From a virus (taxonomy: Duplodnaviria > Caudoviricetes), in IMG/VR virus record IMGVR_UViG_3300021185_002017: a DNA stretch of 64,000 bases. One strand, 5' to 3'. The translations under genes and the position numbers were made by a program. Shown here in pieces: positions 8,607 through 17,633 of the stretch. Below the pieces are notes generated by a model. The model searched no databases. It saw only the letters and a program-made list of their open reading frames with translations, and was not told where the DNA came from. Every line of letters begins with the position of its first letter. The stretch's first letter is position 1.

Positions 8607-9626
8607 TTAAATTTCTAACTCGTTATAGATATCGATTAACTTATCTCGTTCGATTGTGGTAGAATCAATTGTGTCTAATTGTTGTAGCACTATTTGATCT
8701 ACACTTTCAAATTTTATCTCACTGCCTTCAAATTGCTCTTCTTCTTCTTTGATAGGAATAAGTTGCAATTCCCTAACATTATATTGTTCAGCAAACTTCT
8801 CTTTAATGAAAGTTGCCTCTTCATATGAAATACTGATATCTAATTTTACACGAGCATAGGTATACTTGTCAAGTAAATTCTCATGGTTGTCCAGCAATTG
8901 TTTAAGACTAAACACTCTGTACTTAGGACATTCGCTCCAATTTACATAGATAGGTTCCTCTCCCCATGTTAAGAACATAGCACCACGCTCGTCATCATCT
9001 ACATCTGCATAGTTGTGAGGGAAAGCATTACCTAAGTAATGTATATTGTTTTTAAACTGACGCTTATGGAAGTGTCCTGAGAATACATATTCTGGGCCTG
9101 ATAACATTTTATCATTAATGCCTCCGCCATGGTCTGGCATCTCTACCATTGCATTCATTTTAAAATACGGAAGTTCAAAATGACCAAACATGTACTTGAC
9201 TTGCATCTTGGCAACTTTTTTGTATTCGTCGCCAACTAGCCATGGAATGATAGCAACATCATCTTGCTGGAAGTGTTCGTCTACCATTACAAAGTTAGAA
9301 AGTTCTCTAGCATATTCAATACTGTTCATATCTCGTTTGTCTCTATAATAGAGATCGTGATTACCAGTTATAAAATATACTGTTTCAAAATTGTCATTTA
9401 GTTTTTTAAGATCTTTAATTGTTGCATTCATTGTTGCAACATTAATACTTGATCGGTGATGCATCCAGTCACCAAGGAAAATACATGTTTCAGCATTCCT
9501 TGCTTTTGCTTCTGCAATAAACCAATCTATGTATCTGTGGCAATCATCTAAGTGTAGACGACTGTTTTGTTTTAGCCCGTAATGTATATCCGTAAAACAG
9601 GCCGCTGTTTTAAACAACTGACTCAT
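8607..9626 (-). CDS. gp47: Recombination endonuclease nuclease subunit (SbcD/Mre11-like)
   Basis: Metallophosphoesterase motifs DIH, GDW, GNHD, GHF and SGHFH, adjacent to gp46. Confidence 0.95.
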   Translation of the reverse strand: MSQLFKTAACFTDIHYGLKQNSRLHLDDCHRYIDWFIAEAKARNAETCIFLGDWMHHRSSINVATMNATIKDLKKLNDNFETVYFITGNHDLYYRDKRDMNSIEYARELSNFVMVDEHFQQDDVAIIPWLVGDEYKKVAKMQVKYMFGHFELPYFKMNAMVEMPDHGGGINDKMLSGPEYVFSGHFHKRQFKNNIHYLGNAFPHNYADVDDDERGAMFLTWGEEPIYVNWSECPKYRVFSLKQLLDNHENLLDKYTYARVKLDISISYEEATFIKEKFAEQYNVRELQLIPIKEEEEQFEGSEIKFESVDQIVLQQLDTIDSTTIERDKLIDIYNELEI

Positions 9627-9632
9627 ATAAAA

Positions 9633-10508
9633 CTACTCTGGGTTATTTTCTTGCTCTGCAGCCGATTCAGCAGCATCTCTTAAACTACGAATTTCTTCTT
9701 CGTGTTTAATCTGTCTACTGAAACTAGGCATGTGTCCTTGATCAATAAGAATATCATCTCTGATAGTTTGGTTGCGTTTCTCAATGTTTAATACTCTTGT
9801 GAAACTGTTATTGACAACTGCTGTGTAATATGCAAATGGATTGTCCGACTTAGACTCGTCAAACTGTAAACCAATTTGAGATAACTGCACTAATGCTTGT
9901 CCTCTCATTTCGTCTACATAAGTATAACCACGCCAGTTAGCTCTGTGTGAATAACGCTCTACTAGTTTTAAGAACATAGTTCCTAACTTGTTTGTTATTC
10001 TTCCGTGATTAACATTAAACTGTCCATTACTTAAACTTCCTTCCCAATGACTACGAACAACTTCTTTTAACTCTGTGCCTTGATAAGCATAATGCTTAAA
10101 TGCCGGGAAGTTTACTTTTGCTCTTTCGTCTGCAGGTGTTTTAGGATTCTTCTTCCTGCCTGGCTCTAGTGGAATGTGGTCCATGTTCATTACACGGAAT
10201 ACTAATTCTTCTAAGTCAAACGAATCTGGGTCTACAGCAAACTCTTTTTGCTTAGGCTTGTTTTTGTAATCTGCCCTGTCATGCGTAGACATTGCTACAG
10301 CATACGCTTCGCTTTGTAGTTTATTTGCTTTGTTTAATCTTGCTTCTGCAATAGTTGCATCGTTTATATCTTTGATATCACGGACTATGATGTCATAATT
10401 ACTGTACTTCTCATCTGAAATCTGGCAGTAAGTTAGTTTACTTTTGTTGATTTCTTTTAGGATATCCTTGTTGTTTAGATAATTTACTGGTGCTGGTTTC
10501 TTTATCAT
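9633..10508 (-). CDS. gp55: RNA polymerase sigma factor for late transcription
   Basis: NYLNNKDILKEI N-terminus, NWRGYTYVDEM and QFDESKSDNPFAYYT motifs; T4-like gp55-gp47-gp46 order. Confidence 0.9.
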   Translation of the reverse strand: MIKKPAPVNYLNNKDILKEINKSKLTYCQISDEKYSNYDIIVRDIKDINDATIAEARLNKANKLQSEAYAVAMSTHDRADYKNKPKQKEFAVDPDSFDLEELVFRVMNMDHIPLEPGRKKNPKTPADERAKVNFPAFKHYAYQGTELKEVVRSHWEGSLSNGQFNVNHGRITNKLGTMFLKLVERYSHRANWRGYTYVDEMRGQALVQLSQIGLQFDESKSDNPFAYYTAVVNNSFTRVLNIEKRNQTIRDDILIDQGHMPSFSRQIKHEEEIRSLRDAAESAAEQENNPE

Positions 10509-10536
10509 ATGTGTTTATACCTCTAGGTTTATATCT

Positions 10537-10564
10537 ATTATACAGTCATTATTAGTAAAGTCAA
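10537..10564 (-). promoter_or_regulatory. Sigma70-type promoter for the gp55-gp47-gp46 operon
   Basis: On -, TTGACT-N16-TATAAT about 30 nt upstream of the gp55 ATG. Confidence 0.7.
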
Positions 10565-10611
10565 GTATTATTTACCCAGTTTCAGCAATTATAATGGTAT
10601 ATATTGAATCT

Positions 10612-10619
10612 GGTAAATA
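10612..10619 (+). promoter_or_regulatory. Late promoter variant (GGTAAATA) for the baseplate operon
   Basis: About 18 nt upstream of ATG 10638, followed by an AGGAG SD. Confidence 0.55.
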
Positions 10620-10637
10620 GTACTATAGGAGAAGATT

Positions 10638-11420
10638 ATGGCAAACAGCGGAACCGGCGGCAGCTTTTTAAAAGGACTCTCAAGAGCATCTTACTTAACA
10701 AGCCTAGCAACAGACTTAAATCAAATTGCTCAAGCGGGTACATCGCTTGGAGACCAACCTGGCATAACTACTGATGTAGACTGGAGAGCAAGACTTCGTC
10801 CAAAAAACGGCGGAAGAGACTTATTCTGGAAAGGTGCAGACGATAGTTTAACAGGCGATACTGATTATTTGCTAAAACCATTAAAAGAAGCCGGTGGCCT
10901 AATTTGGCAGTACACACCTGATATTTTGGTGAGTGCTCAAGTAAACTATAACCAAACAGACTTCCATGGGCAAAACTATCCTGTAATGACTTACAAAAAC
11001 ACTATACCACCTGCTATTCCTATAACAGCAGATTTTAGTGCTAACACAGTTCCAGAAGCAAGATACTTATTAGCAGTACAGCATTTCTGTAAAGTTGCAA
11101 CTAAGTCGTTCGGTGGCGATGCCGCAGTAGCAAGTGGCTTCTATGGAACACCTCCTCCGGTACTATTGTTTGAATACTTAGGTCATCATGGCTTTAACAA
11201 AGTGCCAGTTGTACTAACATCATACAGTATGAACTTACCAGCAGATGTAGACTATGTACCTGTGCGTACTGGTGTAAGAGGTGAAGAAACAACTTATGTA
11301 CCAACGCTGATTAACTTCCAGCTCAACTTGCAACCAACATATACACCACACAAATTGCGTAAGAGATTTGACTTACAAGCATTTACTACAGGTAAAAATT
11401 ACAAGGATGGATTTGTATAA
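10638..11420 (+). CDS. Baseplate tail-tube cap/initiator-like protein (gp48/gp54-like)
   Basis: DWRARL, GGLIWQYTPDI, ITADFSANT, PPVLLFEYLG and PVVLTSYSMNLP are tube-fold motifs. First gene of the baseplate cluster. Confidence 0.6.
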   Translation: MANSGTGGSFLKGLSRASYLTSLATDLNQIAQAGTSLGDQPGITTDVDWRARLRPKNGGRDLFWKGADDSLTGDTDYLLKPLKEAGGLIWQYTPDILVSAQVNYNQTDFHGQNYPVMTYKNTIPPAIPITADFSANTVPEARYLLAVQHFCKVATKSFGGDAAVASGFYGTPPPVLLFEYLGHHGFNKVPVVLTSYSMNLPADVDYVPVRTGVRGEETTYVPTLINFQLNLQPTYTPHKLRKRFDLQAFTTGKNYKDGFV

Positions 11421-11719
11421 TGGCTAAATTTCACAGAGCAGATAGTTTCTTAAAACCAACAGGCGTGTATGACATCTTTTTAGATGTTAACAAATTACCT
11501 TCTGTGCCTAAGTTACCATCTGACGATACATATATTATTGAAGCAAAATATGTTAACAGGTTAGACTTATTAGCATTTGACCAATATGGTTCCACTAGAC
11601 TTTGGTGGATAATTGCTTTGAGAAACATTGATATAATTAAAGATCCAACAAGAGATGTAACAGCAGGATTAGAAATATACTTACCTAGTAAAAACACAGC
11701 AGAAAGACTAGCAGGCTAA
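11420..11719 (+). CDS. gp53: Baseplate wedge protein, gp53-like (LysM-like)
   Basis: NRLDLLAFDQYGSTRLWWIIALRN and AGLEIYLPSK motifs; 99 aa. Confidence 0.8.
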   Translation: MAKFHRADSFLKPTGVYDIFLDVNKLPSVPKLPSDDTYIIEAKYVNRLDLLAFDQYGSTRLWWIIALRNIDIIKDPTRDVTAGLEIYLPSKNTAERLAG

Positions 11720-11720
11720 T

Positions 11721-14177
11721 ATGGCGATTGAACCAGCAGAACAGTACGATCCGTTTTTAAAGAAAAATGTATTCGGAAACATTCTAGATCAAGTTGACAA
11801 TTATCAGTACAACTTAAAGTTATACATGATACCTCCAGTTGGCCAACCAGTTGGCACACAGGCGTCAGCAGACGACCAAGGCGGCTCAACTGATGCTAGA
11901 GCAGACAAGCCTAGCAATGCAAAAAATAGTAGCGGACAAGGAGGCTACTTACAAAATTCATTAACAGCAAGTCCAGCAGAAACAATCATACTTGCCCAAA
12001 CGGGTGTTACAGGAACTCAAATAGATAACTTAGAAATTGAATCTGTAGTAGGCCCAGGTGGCGGAGTAGAGAATGCTAGAGTAAATTTTGATATTATTCA
12101 ACCTGGTGCTGCAGACTTCCTAGATCAAATGGTTGCTGCCAAGGCGTACTTAGGTGACCAAATTACTGCACAAGATGTTCCTATATTTTTAGAAATAAAT
12201 TTTAAAGGTTATGCCGGCGATATCGATGATGAGGATAACGGAGGTGAACCAATATTAGTAGCAGGCCCGTATAGGTACATGTTAAAAATCTCTAATGTGA
12301 CTTTGGAGATTGACGAAGCAGGTAGCACATATCAATTTAGTACTGTACCAGTTGACCAGTTAGCATACATTGATACTAATTTTAGAATGCCAAAAAAACT
12401 AGAGTCAATAGGCACAACTATTGAAGAGCATGTTGAAGACTTAGTAGCAAAAATTAGAGAGCATAACGAAACAAACAATGACAAGTATTCAATACAAGAT
12501 GAGATTACAATTGACTTGTCTGGATTAACTGAAGGTGAAAGAGGTTTAAAAGATACCAAACTTACTAACACAGAAGATTCACGAGCGGAAGAAATTAACA
12601 GAATTATGAACCCTGAGCTAGAGGGTAAAACAGAAGACGAGTATGAAGACATTCTAAAAGATGCTACAAAGGATGAAGGTACACTTGATATTGTTGTGTC
12701 TGAAAACAAAGTAACAGTTAGAGAAGGTGTGTCTTTTGAAAGATACATTGCTACATTGCTTTCTATGAATGATGAGTTCTTTGCTAGATGCACAAGATCT
12801 ATAAAAGCAGATGATCCTGCTAACAACGAAGTTAGAAAAGATCAAGCATTTATTGAATGGTTTAAATTAAATGCTTATGTAAAATACGCCGCATTTGATT
12901 ACAAAAGAAATGCTTATGCAATGGAAACAGTATTTAAACCAACACTGTTTAAAACAGCAAAGAATACAGTACAAGCAGACCCGGCAGAAAATTCAGGACT
13001 AACTGGCGATGATGTAAGAGCAAGAGTTGATGGCTTGCCTATATTTAAAGCATACCATTACTTGTACACAGGATTGAATGATCAAATTAAACAATGTCGT
13101 ATCGATTATAAATCCGGTATTGCAATTCTCACAGCACCTGCAGGAGGTGTGTCAGGAGACTTTAGTACTGTTTTAGCAAAAACACTTAGTAATAGTGCTA
13201 CACCTGATGAAGACTTATCAGGTAATGACTTAGCAACTGCGGCTGTTAAAGCAGCCAATGAAGAAGATAGATCTAAAGCAATAGACAGTATGTTTAGCAA
13301 AAAGAACAGTAGCCCAGATCGTGAGAAAGATATTGCAGGTGTCGGTAGGATATTAAAACTATCTGATGCAGAAATAAAAGATGCTATAGAAAATAGAAAC
13401 GGTGCCAATGCTAATAGAATCAAAGAAACATTAAAAAACAAAGGTGCAGCCCAAGCAATAAGAAACGCACAGATTAATGCCGCAAGAACACCAGACGATC
13501 GTAAAAACCCTGATACAACAAACTATACGCCTTCACTTAGCGGGTACACATATTCTGCAGACATCATTGGCAGTGTAAGCGACAGACTAGATCAAGCCGC
13601 GGCACTAACAGCCTCACAAGAACTTGCAGAGTCCTTAAAGCCAAAAGAGGAAGAAGATGCAAACGCTGATGCAAGTGGACCACAGGAATCAATTGTTGTT
13701 GCTTCTGTGCCAAACCCAGCAGAAGATGCAACTTATAATGGCACACCGAGAAACACAGTTTTTGGATATTTAATGCAACAACATGCTATTGATGATTTCC
13801 TTGTAACCCTTGATATGGAAATAAAAGGTGACCCATGGTGGTTAGGTCCTGCTTCTGCAGATAACCAGCCAGAGAAAAAAGGAAGCGAATTTGTTGAAGA
13901 TAAAACTGATGAAAAAAGTATAAGAACTGCTGGTGATGAAAACTATGTATTATTTGATTTGCAAACACCGAGACTATACGACTTTGATGTAGACGACGAG
14001 GACAGTGATAGCAATAGCGGGTACTGGAGTAAAATGGGTACATCATATTTTATAACAGGCGTTTACCAAGTTAGAGGTGTTAACCATATGTTCTCAGGTG
14101 GAGAATTTTCACAGGAAGTTAGTATGATTAGACAAACAGCAATAGACTTGAAGAAAACAGAGAAAGGTGCGGAGTAA
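11721..14177 (+). CDS. Baseplate hub protein (gp27/gpD-like), 818 aa
   Basis: Lies between gp53 and the gp5-like spike. C-terminal LDMEIKGDPWWLG and ITGVYQVRGVNHMFSGGEFSQEVSMIR motifs are typical of hub proteins. Confidence 0.6.
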   Translation: MAIEPAEQYDPFLKKNVFGNILDQVDNYQYNLKLYMIPPVGQPVGTQASADDQGGSTDARADKPSNAKNSSGQGGYLQNSLTASPAETIILAQTGVTGTQIDNLEIESVVGPGGGVENARVNFDIIQPGAADFLDQMVAAKAYLGDQITAQDVPIFLEINFKGYAGDIDDEDNGGEPILVAGPYRYMLKISNVTLEIDEAGSTYQFSTVPVDQLAYIDTNFRMPKKLESIGTTIEEHVEDLVAKIREHNETNNDKYSIQDEITIDLSGLTEGERGLKDTKLTNTEDSRAEEINRIMNPELEGKTEDEYEDILKDATKDEGTLDIVVSENKVTVREGVSFERYIATLLSMNDEFFARCTRSIKADDPANNEVRKDQAFIEWFKLNAYVKYAAFDYKRNAYAMETVFKPTLFKTAKNTVQADPAENSGLTGDDVRARVDGLPIFKAYHYLYTGLNDQIKQCRIDYKSGIAILTAPAGGVSGDFSTVLAKTLSNSATPDEDLSGNDLATAAVKAANEEDRSKAIDSMFSKKNSSPDREKDIAGVGRILKLSDAEIKDAIENRNGANANRIKETLKNKGAAQAIRNAQINAARTPDDRKNPDTTNYTPSLSGYTYSADIIGSVSDRLDQAAALTASQELAESLKPKEEEDANADASGPQESIVVASVPNPAEDATYNGTPRNTVFGYLMQQHAIDDFLVTLDMEIKGDPWWLGPASADNQPEKKGSEFVEDKTDEKSIRTAGDENYVLFDLQTPRLYDFDVDDEDSDSNSGYWSKMGTSYFITGVYQVRGVNHMFSGGEFSQEVSMIRQTAIDLKKTEKGAE

Positions 14178-16600
14178 TGAGTATGAGCCGCAGAGATAGA
14201 GCAAGTAAGAAAAATCCTGTACTTAAAAAGAATATTAGTAAAGATGCAGTATTTGGAATATACCTTGCAGAAATAGTCTCAACAAAAGACATTAGCAGAA
14301 CAGGCCGTGTGCGTGTGTTTGTTCCTGCAATCAGTAAAGATAAAAATTCCCCTGCAGGATATTTTGATGCAGTGTGGACTAGTCCGTTTGCTGGTAGCAC
14401 AGACCCAAGGCAAGTAGGAACGAATGTAAAAGTACCAGAAGAAACAATGAGCAGTTACGGTTTATGGACAACAGTTCCAGATAACGGTAACTTAGTATTA
14501 ATTGCATTTGGCGACGGTAATACAAAGTACCCAATGGTAATGACTTGCTTGTTTGCTGACAAACTAAATTACAGTCTCCCTGGTAATGCAGGAGGCAAAA
14601 CTTATCAAGCCGCAGGTCTAAAACTACCTACACTAGAAAAAAATAAGCGAACAGAAGATATCAACCACAACGATACTTTTAGACCAATACAGCATACATT
14701 AGCAGAACAAATTGTTAAGCAAGGATTAGCACACGACCCAATCAGAGGAGCCGGCTCTTCGAGTGCAAGAAGAGAATCGCCAAGCGAAGTATTTGGTTTA
14801 CTAACACCTGGTCCTAGAGATGCAACTAATTACAACCATAGACTTGGTGGTCACAGTATTACACTAGATGATAATTTAAATTCTAGACAAATAAGAATCC
14901 GTTCAGCACAAGGTAATCAACTATTATTAGATGATACAAGCGGAATGGTTTACTTGATTAATAAAGATGGTAATGTGTGGATGGAGTTTGCTTCATCAGG
15001 ACATGTATTTTTGTACGCAGAAAACGATATTAGTATGCGAACAAAACGCAACTTTAATATACGAGCCGACAGTGATGTAAACATTGAAGCAGGACAGAAT
15101 GTTAATATTAAAGCCGCAAAGGATACTACCGGAGAAGAATATCAAAACGAAGGTAAAGGCACAGGCGGTGTAGTAAATATTGAGGCTTTAGCAGATATGA
15201 ATTTACTTGCTGACTCTAATATTTTTGAAACAGCAGTTAAAGGCGAGATGCATCTTAATTCTGCAGGTTCAATAAAAGCAACAACTGGAGACAGTTTGCA
15301 TTATAATGCTGCAAATGATGTAGCAACTACAGCAGGTGGTAAAGTTACAACTGGCTCAGGCGGCGTGATAGTACTAGAAGCAGGTGGTAACATTGTAGAG
15401 AAAGCATCTAAAGTATTAATGAACAGCGGAGGCCCAGGTGCTGACCAATCAGAACAAGCAGATATAGCACAAAAAATTACTACAGATACTTTTGACGACA
15501 ATCCTCTTGCACCACCCGCTTACAATAGAGGCGGAGAATCAGATATAACAAGTGGTAGCCGTGAAGGCCAAGCAGCAAGTATAACATCTATAGTTAGTAC
15601 TTTTGTTACATCTGAACCTTTTGTTGGACACGGGTTACCCAATCCTGCAAAAGACGATCAGGACAATATGGTACCAGACGAGTCAGTAGCAAAAGGACTA
15701 GCACCAAACAGCAATGGCGTTGCTGGTAGCGATCCAGCAGACATTAATTCACCAGCAGGATTACAAATAGGACAACAAGGCAAAGACGGACAACCTAAGT
15801 ACACTAGTCCAGCACAGGTACAAAATAATTTTACACAGGCATCTGCTAAAAAACTCGAAGCAAAAAATATGGCTAGTTTAACTAGTTCTCTTAGTTCTAG
15901 TATTCCAGCAGTGAGGACACCTACTATGTCACCTATGGGTGCAAAGAAATTAGGTATCAACGGAATGATAAATGATGCACAGGCTAAGGCTAAGATGATG
16001 GCGTTCGATAATAAAGGACTGCCAATGGACTTAAAACAAGCAAACGCTGCTTCTATGATGAATAAAGTTAATACTGCAAAACTTGGAGGTACAGGTCCTG
16101 GGTTTGAGAAAGCATTAGCAGACGCAGGAATATCAGTAATCAAAGATGGTGCTTCTACTATATACTCGGGTGGTGGAGTAAACATGGTTGACTTACAAAA
16201 CGGCATTGGCCCTGTTGGAACACAGATGCATGCCACTAGTAATTTATTAAGTACAGGTAAGTCTGTACAAGGAATGATACAAGGACCTGTAAGTGATAAT
16301 CAATTTATGGCATTAACCAGTATGGCAGATCATTGTGGAATTAAAAACTTTAGTAAGAGTAAAGTTCTTCAAGCAGTAAACACAGGCAATCATGGTTCTG
16401 TGCCTAACTTAATGATGAATCACAGTACATTAAATGTTGCGGGTGTTGCTACTGTTCAGCAAGATTATTATCAGAGAAGGCAGTTCGAAGGCGAATTGTA
16501 TCAAACGCCTGATAACATAACACCTAAAGCATATCCTAATATTGTACCTTTTGGTAAACAGGCTAGTGATTTGAAAAAAGCCCGTAGAGGTCTAATTTAA
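14177..16600 (+). CDS. gp5: Baseplate central spike, gp5/VgrG-like (OB-fold, beta-helix, C-terminal lysozyme-like domain)
   Basis: GRVRVFVP and PDNGNLVLIAFGDG OB-fold; beta-helix repeats (NFNIRADSDVNIEAGQNVNIKA); C-terminal NQFMALTS...RRQFEGELY resembles the GH24 C-lobe. Confidence 0.75.
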   Translation: MSMSRRDRASKKNPVLKKNISKDAVFGIYLAEIVSTKDISRTGRVRVFVPAISKDKNSPAGYFDAVWTSPFAGSTDPRQVGTNVKVPEETMSSYGLWTTVPDNGNLVLIAFGDGNTKYPMVMTCLFADKLNYSLPGNAGGKTYQAAGLKLPTLEKNKRTEDINHNDTFRPIQHTLAEQIVKQGLAHDPIRGAGSSSARRESPSEVFGLLTPGPRDATNYNHRLGGHSITLDDNLNSRQIRIRSAQGNQLLLDDTSGMVYLINKDGNVWMEFASSGHVFLYAENDISMRTKRNFNIRADSDVNIEAGQNVNIKAAKDTTGEEYQNEGKGTGGVVNIEALADMNLLADSNIFETAVKGEMHLNSAGSIKATTGDSLHYNAANDVATTAGGKVTTGSGGVIVLEAGGNIVEKASKVLMNSGGPGADQSEQADIAQKITTDTFDDNPLAPPAYNRGGESDITSGSREGQAASITSIVSTFVTSEPFVGHGLPNPAKDDQDNMVPDESVAKGLAPNSNGVAGSDPADINSPAGLQIGQQGKDGQPKYTSPAQVQNNFTQASAKKLEAKNMASLTSSLSSSIPAVRTPTMSPMGAKKLGINGMINDAQAKAKMMAFDNKGLPMDLKQANAASMMNKVNTAKLGGTGPGFEKALADAGISVIKDGASTIYSGGGVNMVDLQNGIGPVGTQMHATSNLLSTGKSVQGMIQGPVSDNQFMALTSMADHCGIKNFSKSKVLQAVNTGNHGSVPNLMMNHSTLNVAGVATVQQDYYQRRQFEGELYQTPDNITPKAYPNIVPFGKQASDLKKARRGLI

Positions 16601-16827
16601 ATACTGCTTAGTTGTGTTAGTTCCGCTAACCTTTTCCATGCCTTATACTTTGCTTCCTGTTCTTCTCTAACAGTTTTTTCCAGCATTTCAACTGTACTTT
16701 TTAAACCGTTTATTTCAGTTCGCTGATCATGGATTGTTTGGTTTGCGTTCGAAAGACTTTCTTCTGCATTGTTGGTGTACAACTTATTCTCCGAATAAAA
16801 AAAATATGTGTGTAGTCGCCTACACAC
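16597..16827 (-). CDS. Small coiled-coil hypothetical protein
   Basis: Coiled-coil-like sequence (QRTEINGLKSTVEMLEKTVREEQEAKY). The track start overlaps a terminator, so the true start is probably the TTG near 16782 after a GGAG SD. Confidence 0.5.
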   Translation of the reverse strand: MCRRLHTYFFYSENKLYTNNAEESLSNANQTIHDQRTEINGLKSTVEMLEKTVREEQEAKYKAWKRLAELTQLSSI

Positions 16828-16830
16828 ATA
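16797..16830 (-). terminator. Rho-independent terminator
   Basis: On -, TATGTGTGTAG-GCGA-CTACACACATA (11-bp perfect stem, GNRA loop) followed by a T-run, just after the stop of 16848-17102. Confidence 0.75.
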
Positions 16831-16847
16831 TTTATTAGTACTTTGCT

Positions 16848-17102
16848 TTAACTGGCTTTTTGAACCATCTTTTCCATCACAATAAATTCATCTGGTTTGA
16901 TGTTTTTATCGTAACGGTAATTACCTGCAAAGTTTACCGAGTCAAACAGTGCATACTGTTTTGTCACTGAGTCATATAGTCCAACAGTCACGAACCGCTT
17001 AGATTGCTGAAAGATGCGATGGAATCTATGACGACCCTGCTTCTCATTAATCTTTACTGCTTGTGACCATAGTTGGTCAAACTCACGATTCAATTTAAAC
17101 AT
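16848..17102 (-). CDS. Hypothetical early protein (84 aa)
   Basis: ORF with a GGTAG SD-like sequence, downstream of a consensus sigma70 promoter and upstream of a terminator. Confidence 0.65.
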   Translation of the reverse strand: MFKLNREFDQLWSQAVKINEKQGRHRFHRIFQQSKRFVTVGLYDSVTKQYALFDSVNFAGNYRYDKNIKPDEFIVMEKMVQKAS

Positions 17103-17182
17103 TTCTGTCTACCTTGTTCGCTGTGTGGATGTTATGTCCTAAAAGGACTGTTTCTGTAGCAGTCTTTTGCTACATTGTGTGT

Positions 17183-17210
17183 ATTATAGCACCTTATACA
17201 CACTTGTCAA
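17183..17210 (-). promoter_or_regulatory. Consensus sigma70-type (early) promoter
   Basis: On -, TTGACA-N16-TATAAT pointing at ORF 17102. Confidence 0.8.
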
Positions 17211-17248
17211 CCTTTTCTTCTATTATTAAAACTCTAGTTAAAGAATCA

Positions 17249-17256
17249 GATAAATA
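17249..17256 (+). promoter_or_regulatory. Late promoter (GATAAATA) for gp25
   Basis: Immediately upstream of ATG 17262. Confidence 0.65.
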
Positions 17257-17261
17257 AGAGT

Positions 17262-17630
17262 ATGGCTACAATATTCAGAGGATTCAGCACAGTAGATACA
17301 GTTAAAGCGCCATTCTCCTTATCGGACATGGAATTAGTAAAACGCGATCTACTAAACGAGTTTAATACTCGTAAAGGTGAAAGAGTTATGCGTCCAAATT
17401 TTGGTTGCATTGTTTGGGATTTGTTAATGAACCCAGAAGATACTTTTACTGAGTCAGATGTCAAGGAAGACATTGCTAGAATCATAGATAAGGATTCGAG
17501 GGTAGAATTAATTAATATTACACTGTTCACAAGTGGACATGCTATTAGAGCTGAAGTAGAACTAAAGTATGTGATATTAAATAGCGAAGATACCCTATTC
17601 TTAGAATTTAAAAACGAACAGCAGGTATAA
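17262..17630 (+). CDS. gp25: Baseplate wedge subunit, gp25/GPW family
   Basis: LVKRDLLNEFNTRKGERVMRPNFGCIVWDLL and DSRVEL motifs. Confidence 0.9.
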   Translation: MATIFRGFSTVDTVKAPFSLSDMELVKRDLLNEFNTRKGERVMRPNFGCIVWDLLMNPEDTFTESDVKEDIARIIDKDSRVELINITLFTSGHAIRAEVELKYVILNSEDTLFLEFKNEQQV

Positions 17631-17633
17631 TAC

